A DNA stretch of 64,000 bases from a bacterium (lineage in GTDB: Bacteria > Bacillota > Clostridia > Lachnospirales > Lachnospiraceae): the NCBI GenBank assembly GCA_963623925.1, contig CAVFNN010000002.1, positions 78,247-142,246 on the forward strand. The letters are read 5' to 3'. A program made the position numbers and the translations under genes. Positions 59,567 through 64,000 of this stretch are shown here, piece by piece. Below the pieces are notes generated by a model, which saw only the letters and a program-made list of their open reading frames with translations, did not search any database and was not told where the DNA came from. Numbering within the stretch: the stretch's first letter is position 1; every line of letters starts with the position of its first letter.

Positions 59567-61342
59567 ATGAGCGAAGGAAGGATCAAGAAGGTAGCCGGCC
59601 CGCTGGTGATTGCCGAGGGAATGCGCGCTGCCAATCTGTCCGATGTGGTTCGTGTCAGTGAAAAGAGACTGATCGGTGAGATCATTGAGATGCACGGAGA
59701 TCAGGCTTCGATTCAGGTATACGAGGAGACATCAGGCCTCGGACCCGGTGCCCCGGTGGTATCTACCGGCGCGCCAATGAGCGTAGAGCTGGGACCGGGA
59801 CTGATCGGCTCCATTTATGATGGTATTCAGCGACCCCTGAACGCCATCGTGGAAGCAACCCATTCAAATCTTCTGCACCGGGGCGTGGAGGTGCCGCCCC
59901 TGGATCGCGAGAAGAAATGGCATTTTGACGCGCTGCTTTCTGTGGGCACAGAGGTGGAAAGCGGCGACATCATCGGTACGGTACAGGAAACCGAGGTGGT
60001 GCTGCAGAAAATCATGGTACCCTACGGCGTTTCCGGTACGATCGTGAAACTGGAAAGCGGCGACTACAACATTACCGAAACCGTCTGCCTGGTGAAGGAC
60101 GCAGAGGGAACGGAACATGAGGTCAAGCTGGCCCAGCGCTGGCCGGTGCGTAAGGGACGTCCTTACCGCCAGAAGCTGTCACCGGACAGACCGCTGATCA
60201 CCGGTCAGAGAGTCATTGACACCCTATTCCCCATCGCGAAGGGCGGTGTGGCTGCGGTTCCCGGTCCCTTCGGTTCCGGAAAGACTGTGGTGCAGCACCA
60301 GCTGGCCAAGTGGGCAGATGCGGATATCGTGGTCTATATCGGCTGCGGCGAGCGTGGCAACGAGATGACGGACGTACTGAACGAGTTCCCGGAGCTGAAG
60401 GACCCGAAGACCGGAAAGTCGCTGATGCAGAGAACGGTATTGATTGCCAATACCTCGGATATGCCCTTTGCGGCCAGAGAGGCTTCTATCTATACCGGTA
60501 TTACCATCGCTGAGTATTTCCGTGACATGGGCTATTCTGTGGCGCTGATGGCGGATTCCACCTCTCGTTGGGCAGAGGCCCTGCGTGAGATGTCCGGCCG
60601 TCTGGAAGAGATGCCCGGTGAGGAAGGCTATCCCGCGTACCTCGGTTCTCGTCTGGCCGGTTTCTATGAGCGGGCAGGCCGTGTGATTTCCCTCGGCAAA
60701 GAGGGAAGAGAGGGCGCACTGTCCGTGATCGGTGCCGTGAGCCCTGCCGGCGGTGATATTTCCGAGCCGGTGACCCAGGCAACACTGCGGATCGTCAAGG
60801 TATTCTGGGGATTGGACGCATCCCTTGCGTACCAAAGACATTTCCCTGCTATCAACTGGTTGAGCTCCTATTCCAACTATCTGGATCAGCTGACGGCATG
60901 GTTCAACGGAAATGTGGAGAATGACTGGATGAAGCTACGGGGACGTATCATGAGTCTTCTGCAGGATGAGTCGGAGATCGAGGAAATTGTCAAGCTCGTG
61001 GGTATGGATGCGATTTCGGCATCAGACCGACTGAAGCTGGAGGCGGCCCGCTCCATCCGAGAGGACTTCCTGCACCAGAATGCCTTCCATGAGATCGATA
61101 CCTACTCTTCCTTGAAAAAGCAGCTAATGATGATGAAGCTGATTCTGATGTATTATGATCAGGGCAGAGAGGCGCTGGAGAAGGGCGCTTCCATCGATAA
61201 GCTGGCGGCGCTTCCGGTGCGGGAACAGATCGGCCGTTTCAAATACACGGAGGAGTCGGCACTGGATCAGGCGTTCGCGGAGACGGAGACAGAGCTTATG
61301 AAGCAGCTGGATACGGTGCTTCGTGAGAAGGAGGAGTACTGA
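59567..61342 (+). CDS. ntpA: V/A-type ATPase catalytic subunit A
   Basis: [35 protein letters not shown]. Confidence 0.97.
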   Translation: MSEGRIKKVAGPLVIAEGMRAANLSDVVRVSEKRLIGEIIEMHGDQASIQVYEETSGLGPGAPVVSTGAPMSVELGPGLIGSIYDGIQRPLNAIVEATHSNLLHRGVEVPPLDREKKWHFDALLSVGTEVESGDIIGTVQETEVVLQKIMVPYGVSGTIVKLESGDYNITETVCLVKDAEGTEHEVKLAQRWPVRKGRPYRQKLSPDRPLITGQRVIDTLFPIAKGGVAAVPGPFGSGKTVVQHQLAKWADADIVVYIGCGERGNEMTDVLNEFPELKDPKTGKSLMQRTVLIANTSDMPFAAREASIYTGITIAEYFRDMGYSVALMADSTSRWAEALREMSGRLEEMPGEEGYPAYLGSRLAGFYERAGRVISLGKEGREGALSVIGAVSPAGGDISEPVTQATLRIVKVFWGLDASLAYQRHFPAINWLSSYSNYLDQLTAWFNGNVENDWMKLRGRIMSLLQDESEIEEIVKLVGMDAISASDRLKLEAARSIREDFLHQNAFHEIDTYSSLKKQLMMMKLILMYYDQGREALEKGASIDKLAALPVREQIGRFKYTEESALDQAFAETETELMKQLDTVLREKEEY

Positions 61343-61343
61343 T

Positions 61344-62723
61344 ATGCCGAAGGAATACAGAACGATAGAGGAGGTTGCGGGCCCGCTGATGTTGGTGAAG
61401 GGCGTCGAAAACGTGACCTACGATGAGATGGCGGAGATCACCCTGTCCAGCGGTGAGAAGCGGCGCTGTAAGGTGCTGGAGATCGACGGCGGCAATGCCC
61501 TGGTGCAGCTCTATGATGCTTCCACGGGTATTAACCTGGAAACCAGCAAGGTGCGTTTCCTGGGACATACCATGGAGCTGGGCGTCTCCCCGGATATGCT
61601 GGGACGTGTCTTCGATGGTATGGGCCGCCCGATCGACGGCGGTCCGGAGTTGTTGCCGGAGAAACGCATGGACATCAACGGACTGCCGATGAATCCGGCG
61701 GCCCGGGCCTACCCGCAGGAGTTTATCCAGACCGGTATTTCGGCCATCGATGGACTGAATACCTTGGTGCGTGGCCAGAAGCTGCCGATTTTCTCCGGCT
61801 CCGGCCTTCCGCATAACCAGCTGGCGGCGCAGATTGCCCGGCAGGCAAAGGTGCGGGGAACCGATGAAAACTTTGCTGTGGTTTTTGCGGCCATGGGTAT
61901 CACCTTTGAGGAAGCAAACTTCTTCCAGGAGAGCTTCCGGGAGACCGGTGCCATTGACCGTTCGGTGATGTTCATCAACTTGGCCAATGATGCCGCGGTA
62001 GAGCGTATTTCTACGCCGCGTCTTGCGCTGACGGCAGCAGAATATCTGGCCTTTGACCAGGGCATGCACGTCCTCGTTATCATGACGGATATCACGAACT
62101 ATGCCGATGCACTCCGGGAGATCTCCGCTGCGAAGAAGGAGGTTCCCGGTCGCCGCGGTTATCCCGGCTACATGTATACGGATCTGGCTTCCCTGTACGA
62201 GAGAGCCGGACGACAGAGAGGAAAGAATGGTTCCATTACGCTGATCCCGATTCTTTCCATGCCGGAGGATGACAAGACCCACCCGATCCCGGATCTTACC
62301 GGATACATCACCGAGGGACAGATCATTTTGAGCCGAAATCTTTATCGCCGGGGCATCACGCCGCCCATCGATGTACTGCCGTCTCTTTCTCGTCTGAAGG
62401 ATAAGGGTATCGGTAAGGGACGTACCCGTGAGGATCACTCCAATACCATGAACCAGCTGTTTGCGGCCTATGCCCGCGGCAAGGACGCGAAGGAACTGCA
62501 GGTTATCCTGGGTGAAGCGGCACTGACGGAGATGGATAAGCTGTATGCGAAGTTTGCCGATGCCTTTGAGGATAAGTACATTTCCCAGGGCTACCAAACG
62601 GATCGTTCCATCGAGGAAACCCTGGATCTTGGCTGGGAGCTGCTGCGCATCCTGCCGCGGTCCGAGCTGAAGCGAATCGATGACCGTCTCCTGGATCAGT
62701 ATTACGAGAAGAAAGAAGGCTGA
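61344..62723 (+). CDS. ntpB: V/A-type ATPase subunit B
   Basis: [39 protein letters not shown]. Confidence 0.97.
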   Translation: MPKEYRTIEEVAGPLMLVKGVENVTYDEMAEITLSSGEKRRCKVLEIDGGNALVQLYDASTGINLETSKVRFLGHTMELGVSPDMLGRVFDGMGRPIDGGPELLPEKRMDINGLPMNPAARAYPQEFIQTGISAIDGLNTLVRGQKLPIFSGSGLPHNQLAAQIARQAKVRGTDENFAVVFAAMGITFEEANFFQESFRETGAIDRSVMFINLANDAAVERISTPRLALTAAEYLAFDQGMHVLVIMTDITNYADALREISAAKKEVPGRRGYPGYMYTDLASLYERAGRQRGKNGSITLIPILSMPEDDKTHPIPDLTGYITEGQIILSRNLYRRGITPPIDVLPSLSRLKDKGIGKGRTREDHSNTMNQLFAAYARGKDAKELQVILGEAALTEMDKLYAKFADAFEDKYISQGYQTDRSIEETLDLGWELLRILPRSELKRIDDRLLDQYYEKKEG

Positions 62724-62725
62724 GC

Positions 62726-63385
62726 ATGGCATCCACAACAGTAATGGCGACGCGGATGGAGCTGACCCGGCTGAAAAAGAAGCTGGTGACGGCCCGCCGC
62801 GGACATAAGCTTCTGAAGGATAAGCGGGATGAGCTCATGCGCCGTTTCATGGAGCTGGTGCGGGAAAACCAGGCCCTTCGCGAGAAGGTGGAATCCGGCA
62901 TCCGTGCCGCGAACCAGAATTTCGTGCTGGCGCGTTCTGCCATGTCGGAGGAGCTTCTGAACAATGCGCTGATGGCGCCGAAGCAGGAGATTCTGCTGGA
63001 GGCAGGCACCCGGAATGTCATGTCCGTGGAAGTTCCGGTGTTCAAGGCGCAAACCCGGACCGAGGATCCCAACGACATTTACGCCTATGGCTATGCCTTC
63101 ACCTCTGCGGACCTCGATGATGCGGTGCACAGCCTGGCGGAGATTCTGCCGGATATGCTGCGGCTGGCCGAAATCGAAAAGAGCTGCCAGCTGATGGCGG
63201 ACGCCATTGAGGAAACCCGGCGAAGAGTCAATGCCCTGGAACATGTGACCATTCCCGAGACGGCGGAAATGATTCATACCATCAGCATGAAACTGGATGA
63301 GAATGAACGTTCTTCACAGGTGCGGCTGATGAAGGTGAAGGACATGCTGCTGGAGGAAGCGCATAAGTATTCGGAGAAGCAGTGA
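62726..63385 (+). CDS. ntpD: V/A-type ATPase subunit D
   Basis: TRMEL, RGHKLLKDKRD, TRRRVNALEH. Confidence 0.96.
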   Translation: MASTTVMATRMELTRLKKKLVTARRGHKLLKDKRDELMRRFMELVRENQALREKVESGIRAANQNFVLARSAMSEELLNNALMAPKQEILLEAGTRNVMSVEVPVFKAQTRTEDPNDIYAYGYAFTSADLDDAVHSLAEILPDMLRLAEIEKSCQLMADAIEETRRRVNALEHVTIPETAEMIHTISMKLDENERSSQVRLMKVKDMLLEEAHKYSEKQ

Positions 63386-63393
63386 AATTAGAG

Positions 63394-63431
63394 AGAAGGA
63401 AGTTTCTGCGCCAGCAGAGACTTTCTTTTTT
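63394..63431 (+). terminator. Putative intrinsic terminator of the ATPase operon
   Basis: AAGGAAGTTTCTGC...GCAGAGACTTTCTT imperfect stem with T-tract. Confidence 0.55.
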
Positions 63432-63497
63432 CGTATGCAGCTTCCTCTGTCCGCAGAGGGAATTCTCTGGTATAATCATGCGGCAAGGAGGCGTAAG

Positions 63498-64000
63498 ATG
63501 GTAAGACGAAATACGAATGACAGAACGAGGAGCGGACAGGGAACGTCGCGGAGAACCAGCAGCCGCAGAACGGCCCCCCGTTACCGTGAACGATATGATG
63601 TCGATAGATATGAGGATGTCGAAGATCGTTGGGCAGGGGAGGAATACCTCGATGACGATTATGAGGATTACGAGGACTATACAGAGCCGCGATATTCCCG
63701 GCAGCTGCGGGAAGAAAACGTCAGCAGTCGAAATGCCCGGAGTGGACGGAGTACGCAGAGCAGTCGGAGAAGCCGGAATCAGGAGAGCCAGAGCCGGAGT
63801 GGCCAGAGTCGAAGCAGTCGCACGGGAAAACGGCGCAAAAAGAAGCATCCGTTTCTCAAAATCGTGCTTTTCCTGGTACTGGCGATCGTGATCTGCAATG
63901 TGGCCTGGTCCTTTATTTCCCCTTACCTGGGGGAGCGCTACTGGACCATAGCGGTGTTCGGCGTTGATTCCCGGGATGGAAATCTGGATGCCGGAGCGCT
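63498..64000 (+). CDS. LCP (LytR-CpsA-Psr) family protein, 5' part (truncated by the window end; not in the ORF track)
   Basis: AAGGAGG RBS; R/S/D/E-rich cytoplasmic N-terminus, KRRKKK, one TM helix, then YWTIAVFGVDSRDG. Confidence 0.8.
   Translation, partial: MVRRNTNDRTRSGQGTSRRTSSRRTAPRYRERYDVDRYEDVEDRWAGEEYLDDDYEDYEDYTEPRYSRQLREENVSSRNARSGRSTQSSRRSRNQESQSRSGQSRSSRTGKRRKKKHPFLKIVLFLVLAIVICNVAWSFISPYLGERYWTIAVFGVDSRDGNLDAGA

Noticed and set aside
63517..63891. 124-aa ORF from the track as the last gene
   Set aside because: A different frame starting at 63498 has the RBS, TM helix and LCP motif and runs off the window end.

Overview
A 64 kb, gene-dense, mostly + strand chromosomal segment that looks like an anaerobic Firmicute (gene content suggests Lachnospiraceae/Clostridiales; this is inference). 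It holds ordinary housekeeping and transport genes: SDR, OFA-type MFS, YdcF, DUF1445 hydro-lyase, AKR, truA, two L,D-transpeptidases, YitT, Dus, FliB-like, MBL hydrolase, ABC-F, oppABCDF, MATE, glmS with its ribozyme, rnfCDGEAB, a complete V/A-type ATPase operon and the start of an LCP gene. The standout is a co-oriented cluster at 22157-38104, tightly coupled apart from one interruption. It encodes a NifH-like Fe protein, FOUR nitrogenase-component-1-like proteins (two paralogous pairs), the [NiFe]-maturases HypF/C/D/E, a TM1266-like protein, and the [FeFe]-maturases HydF and HydE. No hydG, hypA/hypB, nifB or hydrogenase structural gene is visible in the window. This suggests a hybrid metallocofactor-assembly system, for example a HydG-independent route to the H-cluster. 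Other oddities: two highly palindromic intergenic elements bounded by direct repeats, two large orphan helical-protein genes sharing an identically spaced upstream motif, and a 29-codon ABC-ATPase remnant. No rRNA, tRNA, CRISPR array or transposase was recognised. All calls are from motif reading; no database searches were run.
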